A stretch of 64,000 nucleotides of DNA. It comes from a bacterium (GTDB lineage: Bacteria; Patescibacteriota; Minisyncoccia; Phycocordibacterales; GWA1-40-21). A model generated the notes under the pieces. The model was not told where the DNA came from and ran no database searches. It saw only the letters and a program-made list of their open reading frames with translations. Where the stretch lies: positions 8,851 to 72,850 of the forward strand of contig JBAXQJ010000002.1 in assembly GCA_037131755.1 (NCBI GenBank). Reading direction: 5' to 3'. A program made the translations under genes and the position numbers. This document shows positions 50,578 to 59,455 of this stretch, piece by piece. Position 1 is the first letter of the stretch. Every line of letters starts with the position of its first letter.

Positions 50578-51990
50578 TCAAAATTTCTCAGCCGGCTTTT
50601 CCGGGCGGGTATCTTTGTCTCGTCTTTATTTTTATTTTTGAATATTAATTTTGTCAGCCACCTTATTCCTTTCTCAATCCACAATCTGCAATCTACAATC
50701 TACGTATCAGCTCAAGTCACCGGTTCCGACGTTGCCGCCAAAAAAGCCCAGCTTCAGGCTCAACTGGCTGACTTGGAAGCGCAGATCGCTACCCAGGAAG
50801 CCATATTGAAAGATCAGCAGGGCAAATCCGAATCCTTGTCTCGAGACATCAAGATCTTGGATGCCCAGATCGCCAAAGCGAAATTGGACATAAAAGCGCG
50901 AACGATCAGTATTGAAAATCTGACCGATAGCATCGGCGACAAGCAGGTGACCATTACCAAGCTCACGACCAAGCTCGGCAAGGAAAAAGAATCTTTGGCC
51001 CAATTGTTGCGCAAAACCAACGAGATCGATTCTTATTCGACCGTCGAGGTGGTCTTGTCGAACGAAAATCTGTCCAGCTTTTTCCAGGATCTGGATTCCT
51101 TCGATTCGATTAAAAACGAGCTGAACAAGTCTTTTGAAGTTATCACGGATACCAAAGTCAAAACCGAAGATGAAAAAACTCAGCTTGAGGACAAGCGCGA
51201 CGAGGAAACCAAGTTGAAAAATCTCCAAATCTTGGAACAAAAGAGGATTCAGCAACAAGAAGCCGAGAAGGCCGCTATTCTCAAGGCGTCCAAAGGTATC
51301 GAAAGTCTCTATCAAAACGTTCTAAAACAGCAGACTTTGTCAGCTGCCCAAATCCGCGCTCAGCTATTCAGTCTGCAGGGATCAGCCGCCATTCCTTTTG
51401 AGAAAGCGCTAGACTATGCAAATTTTGCTTCGCAAAAAACCGGTGTTCGACCGGCGGTGATTTTGGGTATTATCGCTGAAGAGTCCAATCTCGGTCAAAA
51501 TGTTGGAACAGGTAATTGGCTGGTAGATATGAAAGCACCAAGAGATACGGAACCGTTTAAGGCGATTACCGCGGCGCTCGGTGTCAATCCGGACACCGTG
51601 CCAGTCTCCAAGAAACCTTGGTACGGTTATGGTGGAGCGATGGGGCCAGCGCAGTTTATTCCCTCGACCTGGGTTTTGTATGCCGGCTATGTAAAAAATA
51701 GTGATGGCTCCTGGTCTTATAATTCTTCAAAAGATCGGATTAGAAGCCTGACCGGTTCTGGTTTGCCTTCAAATCCTTGGGATGCCCGGGATGCATTCAT
51801 GGCCTGCGGAATTCTTATGAAAGAAAACGGCGCCGCGGCTAGGACTTATGGGGCTGAAAGATTGGCGGCTCTCCGATACCTCGCTGGCTGGGGTAACGCT
51901 TCAAAATCGGCCTATGCCTTCTATGGTGATGACGTGATGGCTCTGGCTAATAAATATCAGAAGATGATTGATATATTAAGCGGGAAATAG
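50551..51990 (+). CDS. Secreted/anchored coiled-coil protein with a C-terminal MltB-like lytic transglycosylase domain (PcsB-like architecture)
   Basis: N-terminal signal-anchor, about 230 aa of coiled coil, then IIAEESNLG and GPAQFIPSTW (compare MltB GPMQFMPSTW). Confidence 0.55.
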   Translation: MIHRRYFNFSKFLSRLFRAGIFVSSLFLFLNINFVSHLIPFSIHNLQSTIYVSAQVTGSDVAAKKAQLQAQLADLEAQIATQEAILKDQQGKSESLSRDIKILDAQIAKAKLDIKARTISIENLTDSIGDKQVTITKLTTKLGKEKESLAQLLRKTNEIDSYSTVEVVLSNENLSSFFQDLDSFDSIKNELNKSFEVITDTKVKTEDEKTQLEDKRDEETKLKNLQILEQKRIQQQEAEKAAILKASKGIESLYQNVLKQQTLSAAQIRAQLFSLQGSAAIPFEKALDYANFASQKTGVRPAVILGIIAEESNLGQNVGTGNWLVDMKAPRDTEPFKAITAALGVNPDTVPVSKKPWYGYGGAMGPAQFIPSTWVLYAGYVKNSDGSWSYNSSKDRIRSLTGSGLPSNPWDARDAFMACGILMKENGAAARTYGAERLAALRYLAGWGNASKSAYAFYGDDVMALANKYQKMIDILSGK

Positions 51991-52050
51991 TCGAATACGA
52001 CTGTTTGTTTACTTGCTTTTTTTCCATTATTCTGTTAATATCTCGAGACT

Positions 52051-52272
52051 ATGAAAAAAGATATACACCCGAAATTTTTCGATAAATCAACAACCACTTG
52101 CGCTTGTGGCGCCAAGTATACCATTGGCTCAACCAAAGAGAAGATCGAGGTTGAAATTTGCGCTGCTTGCCATCCCTTTTATACTGGTAATGAAAAGGTA
52201 CTTGATACCGCTGGCCGCGTTGAGAAATTCAAGGCTCGAACTGCCAAGAAAGCTGTCAAAAAATCTAAATAA
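52051..52272 (+). CDS. rpmE: 50S ribosomal protein L31
   Basis: MKKDIHPKF....CACG....CxxCHPFYTG. Confidence 0.9.
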   Translation: MKKDIHPKFFDKSTTTCACGAKYTIGSTKEKIEVEICAACHPFYTGNEKVLDTAGRVEKFKARTAKKAVKKSK

Positions 52273-52274
52273 CC

Positions 52275-52382
52275 AAACTCGCCAATGTGCTTTTGGAGCA
52301 CGGATATTTTCTTACTAGAAAATTCCTCGAGCTCGCGCCGTCGCGCTCGCTAGTCTCCAAAAGCACATTGGCGAGTTTTTTG
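52275..52382 (+). terminator. rpmE terminator carrying a family-1 nested repeat, copy B
   Basis: A perfect 24-bp outer stem aaactcgccaatgtgcttttggag / ctccaaaagcacattggcgagttt followed by tttttt. It encloses a 57-nt core cacggatattttcttactagaaaattcctcgagctcgcgccgtcgcgctcgctagt. Confidence 0.6.
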
Positions 52383-52398
52383 TTAGAATATTAAAAAT

Positions 52399-53382
52399 AT
52401 GACCATCGAACAATTCAAAGAGAATAAGAAAACCACTTATCTGGCTGACGAGTATTTGCGTCTGGATGCGGAAGAGAAATCCGTTTCGGAAATGCTGACT
52501 CTCGATCCAAGCATGGCGGAAATGGCCAATGAAGAATTGGCGTCTTTGAAGTCCCAAAAAGAAGTGATCTGGAAGCAGATGGAGGAAATTGTCGAATCGG
52601 AAAAACAGGAAGAAGAATTTCCCAACGAAGTTATCTTGGAAGTTCGGGCCGGTGTCGGCGGTGAAGAAGCCGCTTTGTTTGCCCAAGACTTGGCCAATAT
52701 GTATAAAAATTATGCGAGTGCCAAAGGTTGGGGTTTTACTCCGCTCGACGAATCAATGAATGATCTTGGCGGTTATAAGGAAGCCTCGTTCGAAATAAAA
52801 GGTTTGGGTGTCTACAAAGAACTTCGCTACGAAACTGGCGTTCACCGTATTCAGCGTATTCCAGAAACTGAAAAGAATGGCCGAGTGCACACATCGACCG
52901 CTTCAGTGGCGATTTTGCCGGTGCGAAAGAAAAGTACCGTTGAAATCAAACCAGCGGATTTGTTTATCGAATTCTCTCGAGCGGGCGGCAAGGGTGGGCA
53001 AAATGTGAACAAGGTGGAAACTGCCGTTCGTATCGTCCACAAGCCGACCGGTCTTGAGGTACGTTGTACGGCCGAGCGCAGCCAGTCGCGAAACAAAGAG
53101 AAAGGTATGGCGATTTTGCTGGCCAAACTGGAAAGACAAAAAGAAGAAGAAGATGCCTTGAAATTTGCCAAAGAAAGAAAGGATCAGATTGGTACGGCCG
53201 ATCGTTCGGAAAAGATCCGCACTTATAATATTCTTCAGGATCGCATTACTGATCACCGGGTCAAAAATTCTTGGTTCGGTATTGAACGCCTTATGTCCGG
53301 GGAAAAATTCGGCGACATCGTGGAATATTTGGCGGAAAATATGGGTAAGCCGGTTGAGGGACGGGATGAGGATGAAGACTAA
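52399..53382 (+). CDS. prfA: Peptide chain release factor 1
   Basis: GGQ motif (AGGKGGQNVN) and the PET tripeptide (PxT, RF1-type) in RIQRIPETE. Confidence 0.8.
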   Translation: MTIEQFKENKKTTYLADEYLRLDAEEKSVSEMLTLDPSMAEMANEELASLKSQKEVIWKQMEEIVESEKQEEEFPNEVILEVRAGVGGEEAALFAQDLANMYKNYASAKGWGFTPLDESMNDLGGYKEASFEIKGLGVYKELRYETGVHRIQRIPETEKNGRVHTSTASVAILPVRKKSTVEIKPADLFIEFSRAGGKGGQNVNKVETAVRIVHKPTGLEVRCTAERSQSRNKEKGMAILLAKLERQKEEEDALKFAKERKDQIGTADRSEKIRTYNILQDRITDHRVKNSWFGIERLMSGEKFGDIVEYLAENMGKPVEGRDEDED

Positions 53383-53440
53383 GGGATAAGACATTAAAAA
53401 TATTGCATTTTATCCATAAATCTGTTAGGATACTGCGCAT

Positions 53441-54151
53441 ATGACAGAAACAAAAAATGTGAACAAAGAGAGGGTAGAAGAGATGTTTAAGGCCGGAGCC
53501 CACTTCGGTTATTCAAAGTCTCGACGCCACGCCAGCATCGCTCCCTATATTTTCGGAGTAAAAAATAAGGTAGAAATCATTGATTTGGAAAAGACCGATG
53601 AAATGTTGGAAAAAGCTTTGAATTTTGTTTCAACTCTCGCCAAGGAAGGCAAGCAGATTTTGTTTGTTGGCGGTAAGAACGAGGCTAAGGACGCAATCAA
53701 GATTTCTTCTTTTGCTGTCGATATGCCGGTGGTAGCTGGCCGATGGATTGGCGGAACCTTGACCAACTTTAGCGAAGTAAAAAAGAGAATCGCCAAACTG
53801 GACGAATTGACCAAGCAGAAGGAAAAAGGCGAATTGCTCGCAAAATATACCAAGAAAGAGAGAATGGTCATTGATAAAGAAATTGAGAATCTCACCAGAT
53901 TTTTCTCCGGCCTTTCTTCAATGCGAGATCTGCCAAAAGCCCTTTTTGTCATCGATGCCAAGAAAGAAATCACTGCCGTCACCGAAGCCAAGAAAATGAA
54001 AGTCCCAGTCATCGCTCTTTGCGGTACTGACAATAATATTTCCAATATCGACTATCCGATTATCGCCAATGATTCGGCGGTCGCTAGCATCACTTACTTT
54101 GCTGATAAGATTGCCGAGGCTTATAAAAAAGCCCGAGTAATCAAGGCGTAA
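53441..54151 (+). CDS. rpsB: 30S ribosomal protein S2
   Basis: FKAGAHFGY... Confidence 0.9.
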   Translation: MTETKNVNKERVEEMFKAGAHFGYSKSRRHASIAPYIFGVKNKVEIIDLEKTDEMLEKALNFVSTLAKEGKQILFVGGKNEAKDAIKISSFAVDMPVVAGRWIGGTLTNFSEVKKRIAKLDELTKQKEKGELLAKYTKKERMVIDKEIENLTRFFSGLSSMRDLPKALFVIDAKKEITAVTEAKKMKVPVIALCGTDNNISNIDYPIIANDSAVASITYFADKIAEAYKKARVIKA

Positions 54152-54157
54152 ATCCTA

Positions 54158-54186
54158 TTCTGGATCCCGTCGTCCGCAGGGATGAT
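54158..54186. repeat. Family-4 hairpin element, copy 2 (inverted)
   Basis: The reverse complement atcatccctgcggacgacgggatccagaa aligns with 47925..47953. A T-run follows at 54196. Confidence 0.45.
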
Positions 54187-54264
54187 ACCGGGTGGTGTCT
54201 TTTTTAGATTATATAGTATAATAAACTGGTTCATAACTAATTAATATTTTAATTAAAAAAACTT

Positions 54265-54855
54265 ATGGCTATTTCAACAGAAACTATCAAGGAACTTCGG
54301 GATGCAACCGGTCTTTCCATCATGCAATGCAAGAAAGCCTTGGAGGAAGCCAATGGCGATATGCAGAAGGCAACCATTATCTTGCAAAAGAAAGGCGCTT
54401 CGGTGGCTGCTAAAAAGGCCGACCGTACTTTGGGTGCCGGTAAGGTCGCTTCTTATGCCCACTCTACTGGTAACGTCGCTTCTCTCGTTGAGCTTATGTG
54501 CGAAACCGATTTCGTGGCAAAAAATGAGGAGTTTCAAAAATTAGCTTATGATATCGCGATGCAGGTAGCGGCTACCAACCCAGCCTTTTTGAAAATGGAG
54601 GACATTGCCGAAGACACGAAAAATCAGGCGAAAGAAGTGTTTGAAAAAGAACTAGCCGGCAAGCCGGAAGAAATGAAAGCAAAAATTATGGAAGGCAAGA
54701 TCAATTCTTATTTCAAAGACAAGGTCCTGTTGGAACAGGAATATATCAAGAATCCTGAACTAACCGTTCGAGGTTTGATTGAAGGTTATGTCCAAAAGTT
54801 TGGTGAGCGTATCGAAGTCGGCCGATTTGTGAGAATCGGTATCGGCGAGAAATAA
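54265..54855 (+). CDS. tsf: Elongation factor Ts
   Basis: MAISTETIKELRDATGLSIMQCKKAL UBA-like N-terminus. Confidence 0.9.
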   Translation: MAISTETIKELRDATGLSIMQCKKALEEANGDMQKATIILQKKGASVAAKKADRTLGAGKVASYAHSTGNVASLVELMCETDFVAKNEEFQKLAYDIAMQVAATNPAFLKMEDIAEDTKNQAKEVFEKELAGKPEEMKAKIMEGKINSYFKDKVLLEQEYIKNPELTVRGLIEGYVQKFGERIEVGRFVRIGIGEK

Positions 54856-54860
54856 TTCTT

Positions 54861-55253
54861 ATGACAACCATCATCATATTCATATCTGCCGTCGTTCTCT
54901 TGGCGTTTCTCGCCTTGAGCCGGGTGTTTGCCTTGGCCTCCGGCCGGGGGAATATGATCGTGGATTTTGTCGCCAAAGGTGATAAATATATTTTGTTGTT
55001 AAAGCGACGATTGCACGAAAACAAGCACCATCTGACCATTCCCGGACTCAGTCGGCTGACAATAAAAGTGGCCGAAAAAACCAAAAAGAAAATGGTGTCT
55101 GTAAAGCGCCGATTTGATCATCAGCAGTCGCATTTTTTCGTGAAAAGGGACCAGCATCTGCATCAGCCCAAGGGTTCGGCCTCGTTTTTCTTAAAACATA
55201 TTTCCGAGCATAAAAAAACCATTCAAGGGCAAGGGGAGATAGAGAATAGCTAA
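54861..55253 (+). CDS. Hypothetical membrane-anchored basic protein (130 aa)
   Basis: Starts 6 nt after the tsf stop. N-terminal TM helix followed by a His/Lys-rich stretch. Confidence 0.4.
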   Translation: MTTIIIFISAVVLLAFLALSRVFALASGRGNMIVDFVAKGDKYILLLKRRLHENKHHLTIPGLSRLTIKVAEKTKKKMVSVKRRFDHQQSHFFVKRDQHLHQPKGSASFFLKHISEHKKTIQGQGEIENS

Positions 55254-55257
55254 TCAG

Positions 55258-55292
55258 CAGAAAATCGCCACTATGGGCGATTTTCGTTTTCT
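55258..55292. terminator. Bidirectional terminator
   Basis: aaaatcgccactatgggcgatttt followed by cgtttt. Confidence 0.6.
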
Positions 55293-55293
55293 G

Positions 55294-55366
55294 AGCCACC
55301 TCTCAGATTTGAACTGAGGACATCCACTTTACAAAAGTGGCGCTCTACCAACTGAGCTAAGGTGGC
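55294..55366 (-). tRNA. tRNA-Thr (anticodon TGT)
   Basis: GCCACCT-TA-GCTCAGTTGGTAGAGC-G-CCACT-TTTGTAA-AGTGG-ATGTC-CTCAGTTCAAATCTGAG-AGGTGGC-T. Confidence 0.85.
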
Positions 55367-55461
55367 GTAAATAGAATTATACATAAAAATCTTAAATAAT
55401 CCAGTTTTTAAAGGTGCATATCGTTTGATTTAATGCCAAAAATCAGTAGTATATAGGTCTC

Positions 55462-56997
55462 ATGGACTACAAAAATTCACCATATTATCGAGTCGGCCGA
55501 GCGACGGATTTGACCGGAAAAGACCGACTAATCTACCGCCTTTTGGAGATCCTACCAGGAACCCTGGCTTGGGGGACGATTTTTGGTACCATCCTCGTTT
55601 CTTACTATTTGCCATTCTGGGCCGCCGTCTTTATCATCATTTTTGATTTGTACTGGCTTTTAAAGACGATTTACCTGTCGATGTATTTGCGAACGAATTG
55701 GAAAAAAATGCAACACAACATGTCCGTCGACTGGAAAAAAATGCTGGTGAATCTGAAATACGATCACGTCTATCATCTGGTGCTGTTGCCATTTTTTAAT
55801 GAAAGCGAAGAATTGGTCGAGAAGAGCATCGAGTCTTTGATTGTCTCCGAATATGATAAGGACAAGATGATTGTCGTCCTGGCGACGGAGGAAAAGGGCG
55901 GTCAATATGCTGCCAATCTAGCCAAAAAAGTTGAGAAGAAATTCGGCAAAAAATTCGGTCATTTTTTGGTGACCAAGCATCCTTTCGGCGTCTTGGGCGA
56001 GATGCCAGGCAAAGGCTCGAACATCGCCTATGCGGCAGAAGAAGCCCGCCGAAGGATTTTGGATCGTAACAAGATCAAATACGAAGACGTGATGGTATCG
56101 GCCTTTGATATCGATACGGTGATTTATCCGCAATACTTTGAATGTCTGACCTGGAATTTTTTGACGACCGAAGAGCCGCTCAAGTCTTCTTTTCAGCCGG
56201 TACCCTTTTACAATAATAATATTTGGCAGGCGCCAGCCTTGTCTCGCGTCGTCGCGGTGTCCGGTACTTTCTGGCAGATGATCCAACAGGAGAGGCCGGA
56301 GCGTCTGTCGACTTTTTCTTCGCACTCCGTTTGTTTCAAGACGCTGTTTGAAATCGGTTATTGGCAAAAAAATATGGTATCCGAAGATTCGCGCATTTTC
56401 TGGAATGCGTTCATGGCGCGCAATGGCGATTATAAAGTCGTGCCGATGTCATATCCCATCTCGATGGATGCGAACCAGGATATGAGTCTTTGGCACACGA
56501 TTAAAAGCATCTACAAACAGCAGCGACGCTGGGCTTGGGGGGTGGAAAACATGCCATACGTCTTGTTCGGTTTTATAAAAAACAAATCGATTCCGCGTTA
56601 CAATAAAATAAGGTTTACTATGGTCCTCCTTGAGGGTTTCTGGTCTTGGTCGACAAATCCGATCATGATTTTCTTGCTCGGCTGGTTGCCGGTGGTGATT
56701 GGCGGAATGCATTTTCAAGGGACCGTCATGTCATACAATTTGCCGATCTTGACCCGCGACCTGATGACTCTAGCGATGTTTGGCTTGGTGACCTCGGCCG
56801 CCATTTCTTTGTCTTTTTTGCCGCCACGGCCGGACGGTATGTCTTGGAAGCATTCGGCCTTTATGGTTGTCCAGTGGATTTTTGTGCCAATAACGGTTAC
56901 AATTTTCGGAGCGATCCCGTCGCTTGATGCCCAGACCAGATTGATGTTTGGAAAGTATATGGGCTTTTGGGTTACGCCGAAGCATCGAAAAAAATAA
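55462..56997 (+). CDS. Membrane glycosyltransferase family 2 (cellulose-synthase-like, processive type)
   Basis: N-terminal and C-terminal TM helices, a GT-A catalytic core, and a QQRRWAWG (QxxRW) motif. Confidence 0.65.
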   Translation: MDYKNSPYYRVGRATDLTGKDRLIYRLLEILPGTLAWGTIFGTILVSYYLPFWAAVFIIIFDLYWLLKTIYLSMYLRTNWKKMQHNMSVDWKKMLVNLKYDHVYHLVLLPFFNESEELVEKSIESLIVSEYDKDKMIVVLATEEKGGQYAANLAKKVEKKFGKKFGHFLVTKHPFGVLGEMPGKGSNIAYAAEEARRRILDRNKIKYEDVMVSAFDIDTVIYPQYFECLTWNFLTTEEPLKSSFQPVPFYNNNIWQAPALSRVVAVSGTFWQMIQQERPERLSTFSSHSVCFKTLFEIGYWQKNMVSEDSRIFWNAFMARNGDYKVVPMSYPISMDANQDMSLWHTIKSIYKQQRRWAWGVENMPYVLFGFIKNKSIPRYNKIRFTMVLLEGFWSWSTNPIMIFLLGWLPVVIGGMHFQGTVMSYNLPILTRDLMTLAMFGLVTSAAISLSFLPPRPDGMSWKHSAFMVVQWIFVPITVTIFGAIPSLDAQTRLMFGKYMGFWVTPKHRKK

Positions 56998-56998
56998 C

Positions 56999-57916
56999 AT
57001 GAGCATGTCTATCCACAAAAGAAGAATCGTGACGGTCATTTTTGTGCTGCTGTTTTTTATCCTGGCGCCGCTCATTGTCTTTTATGCCAAAGGGGACATT
57101 TGGAGCAACGGCTTTAATTTTTTGAAGACGGGAGGTATTTTTGTTCGGGCAACTGAATCCGGTTCGGAAATATATATCAATGGCAAGCTCGAGGATACGA
57201 CCAATTTTTTCAGCCGGGATTACTTTATAAAAAACTTGCGTCCCGTCACCTATGAAATCGTCGTGAAAAAGACGGGCTACAATGACTGGAAGAATAACCT
57301 TAGGGTTTACTCCAATCGAGTGACCGAAACCAGGGCTTTTGCCTTGCCAGCAAAAATCGAAGCGGTGGATATCCCCGAATTCAATAAGACGGAAGTCTCT
57401 GCCGGAACGACCACCAAGACAATTTTGAAATTAAATCCGGATTACGATCAGGCCAAGAAAATGTTTCTGGATTCTTATTGGGCTGACCAGATTTTGACCG
57501 TCAAATCGACAACAACCGGGAAAATCAGCAAATATTTGCCTGGTACCAAGGAAAACCCGATCGAAAGCCGTCATATGCTGGCTTGGGCCGAGGGAAAAGA
57601 CGTGTTTGTGTCCTGGACCGGAAACCCGGACTCCATACCGAAATATTTTTGCGAAGATGGCGGTTTTGAAATAAAATGCCAAAATACCCTGAAGGTTTAT
57701 TCTTTCGAATCAAACGTCCGCAGTCTGGACTACTTCCTGGGTGATACCGAAATCATATTGGTAGCGGCGGGAGACAGAGTGGAAGCGATTGAAGCCGAAA
57801 CCAATCCTGACAAAAGGCCGCAGGTAGTCTATGAGGGCGATAAGCCGGACTTCCGCCTGTCTGGCAGCTCGATCATTATCAAGGTTGGCAAGCTATACAA
57901 GGAAATAAACATCTAG
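56999..57916 (+). CDS. PEGA-domain membrane-anchored protein
   Basis: Start chosen at MSMSIHKRRIV, adjacent to the GT2 stop. TM anchor and a PEGA-like segment IYINGKLEDTT...VTYEIVVKKTGY. Confidence 0.45.
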   Translation: MSMSIHKRRIVTVIFVLLFFILAPLIVFYAKGDIWSNGFNFLKTGGIFVRATESGSEIYINGKLEDTTNFFSRDYFIKNLRPVTYEIVVKKTGYNDWKNNLRVYSNRVTETRAFALPAKIEAVDIPEFNKTEVSAGTTTKTILKLNPDYDQAKKMFLDSYWADQILTVKSTTTGKISKYLPGTKENPIESRHMLAWAEGKDVFVSWTGNPDSIPKYFCEDGGFEIKCQNTLKVYSFESNVRSLDYFLGDTEIILVAAGDRVEAIEAETNPDKRPQVVYEGDKPDFRLSGSSIIIKVGKLYKEINI

Positions 57917-57996
57917 CCTGGCTAGAAAGCGAGAAATTCTATATAATTTAAAATAAGCAAATCATCGAATAAATTTATCAATCAAATCCTAAAAAT

Positions 57997-59139
57997 ATGT
58001 CCAGAGAAATTGTAATCAAAAACCCAAAAGAAGCCGAGCTCGTAAAAAGTTTGGAAGCTCGAACCGACACCAAGGCGGAAAGGATCAAGCGCCTGTTGAA
58101 GTTTCCCGATCTGACCAAGAAAGAAAATTCTCCGGTCAAGTTTTTGTTTGATGAAATATTAAAAGTGCCACGATTCAAAGATTTTGATCTCGTGGATTTT
58201 CCTAAAATTGTTACGGTAGCAGAAAATTTTGATTTACTAAACGCTCCAAAGGATCATCCAAGCCGTGGGGAAACTGATACTTATTATGTTGACGAAAATC
58301 ATGTTTTGCGAACCCAAATGACTGTAATGTGGTCTTATTATTTGAAAGATCCGGAGGTTTTAGAAAGACTAGAAAAAGACGGTGAAGTAAAAGCTTTGTC
58401 CAAAGGCATTGTCTTCCGTAAGGATGAGATTGACCGCCATCATTTTCCAGCTTTTCATCAGATCGATGGTTTATACATTTGCAAGCGTGCCAAGAAAGTG
58501 ATCACTCTTGAGGACTTAGAGGCGGTGCAGATAGATATGGCTAAAAGTGTTTTAGGCAATAATATCGAATATAAATTTTTAGTGGACTCGTTTCCTTTCA
58601 CAGATCCGTCTGTAGAAATGGATGTGATGTTCAATGGTGATTGGATGGAGGTTAATGGTGCCGGCTTGGTGCACCCGCAGGTGCTAAAGAATTTTGGATT
58701 AGATCCTGAAATTTACAATGGTTGGGCCTTTGGTTTTGGCGATCGGTTGGCGATGATAAAAATGGGGATACCGGACATTCGCATCCTTTGGTCCGAGGAT
58801 CCGCGCATCACCAGTCAGTTCAAGGATATCAATAGCAAATTCAAGGAGGTGAGCAAATACCCGGAAACTTCCCGCGATATTTCTTTTATCATCGACAAAA
58901 ACATCAACCTTAATAATTATTACGAAATTGTTCGTGATTACGCGGAAAATTTGATTGAAGAAGTGAAACTGATTGATGAGTATGAAAATGAAAATAAATT
59001 TGGCGCTGGCAAGAAGTCTTACACCTTTAGGATAACCTATCGCTCCCACGAGCGGACGCTGACCAATGAGGAGGTCAACAAAATACAGGACCAGATCATA
59101 AACAAGACCAAGACGGACTTGCAGGCGGTGGTCAGGTAG
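57997..59139 (+). CDS. pheS: Phenylalanine--tRNA ligase, monomeric mitochondrial-type (PheS-like core fused to an FDX-ACB anticodon-binding domain)
   Basis: Motif 2 FPFTDPSVEMDV, motif 3 GWAFGFGDRLAMIKMGIPDIR, and a C-terminal YPETSRDISFIID....TFRITYRS FDX-ACB-like domain. No N-terminal coiled coil. No pheT is adjacent. Confidence 0.7.
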   Translation: MSREIVIKNPKEAELVKSLEARTDTKAERIKRLLKFPDLTKKENSPVKFLFDEILKVPRFKDFDLVDFPKIVTVAENFDLLNAPKDHPSRGETDTYYVDENHVLRTQMTVMWSYYLKDPEVLERLEKDGEVKALSKGIVFRKDEIDRHHFPAFHQIDGLYICKRAKKVITLEDLEAVQIDMAKSVLGNNIEYKFLVDSFPFTDPSVEMDVMFNGDWMEVNGAGLVHPQVLKNFGLDPEIYNGWAFGFGDRLAMIKMGIPDIRILWSEDPRITSQFKDINSKFKEVSKYPETSRDISFIIDKNINLNNYYEIVRDYAENLIEEVKLIDEYENENKFGAGKKSYTFRITYRSHERTLTNEEVNKIQDQIINKTKTDLQAVVR

Positions 59140-59193
59140 GATTGGGTAATTAGTCTCTCCAGATACAATATCTCATTATTTAATTTGCATCAT

Positions 59194-59226
59194 AAAAAAA
59201 GCGCGCATCGGAATGCGCGCTTTTGC
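59194..59226. terminator. Bidirectional terminator
   Basis: aaaaaaa gcgcgcatcggaatgcgcgc tttt. Confidence 0.7.
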
Positions 59227-59237
59227 CTGGTCAACTC

Positions 59238-59450
59238 CTAGGCCGTCTTCGGTTGCTGTTTGGAAATTTTCTTGATAAACCACTCATCCTGGCGCTTGGT
59301 GTTGGATGGGAAGCGCTTCAAGGCCTCCTCCCAAATTACGCAAACGGCGCTAGTCGACACTCGCCAAAAGTTGGCGGTAATCTCGATCAATGATTCAAGA
59401 TCAGCCAGCTTGTCTGGCGGTATCACTCCTAGACTTGGTGGAATCTTCAT
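59238..59450 (-). CDS. Hypothetical small protein (70 aa), second gene of a two-gene minus-strand operon
   Basis: aaggagg lies 10 nt upstream and a terminator lies downstream. Confidence 0.45.
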   Translation of the reverse strand: MKIPPSLGVIPPDKLADLESLIEITANFWRVSTSAVCVIWEEALKRFPSNTKRQDEWFIKKISKQQPKTA

Positions 59451-59455
59451 CTTTT

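Noticed and set aside
50707-51315. 202-aa minus ORF inside the coiled-coil gene
   Set aside because: It is antisense to repetitive coiled-coil coding sequence with low-complexity translation.
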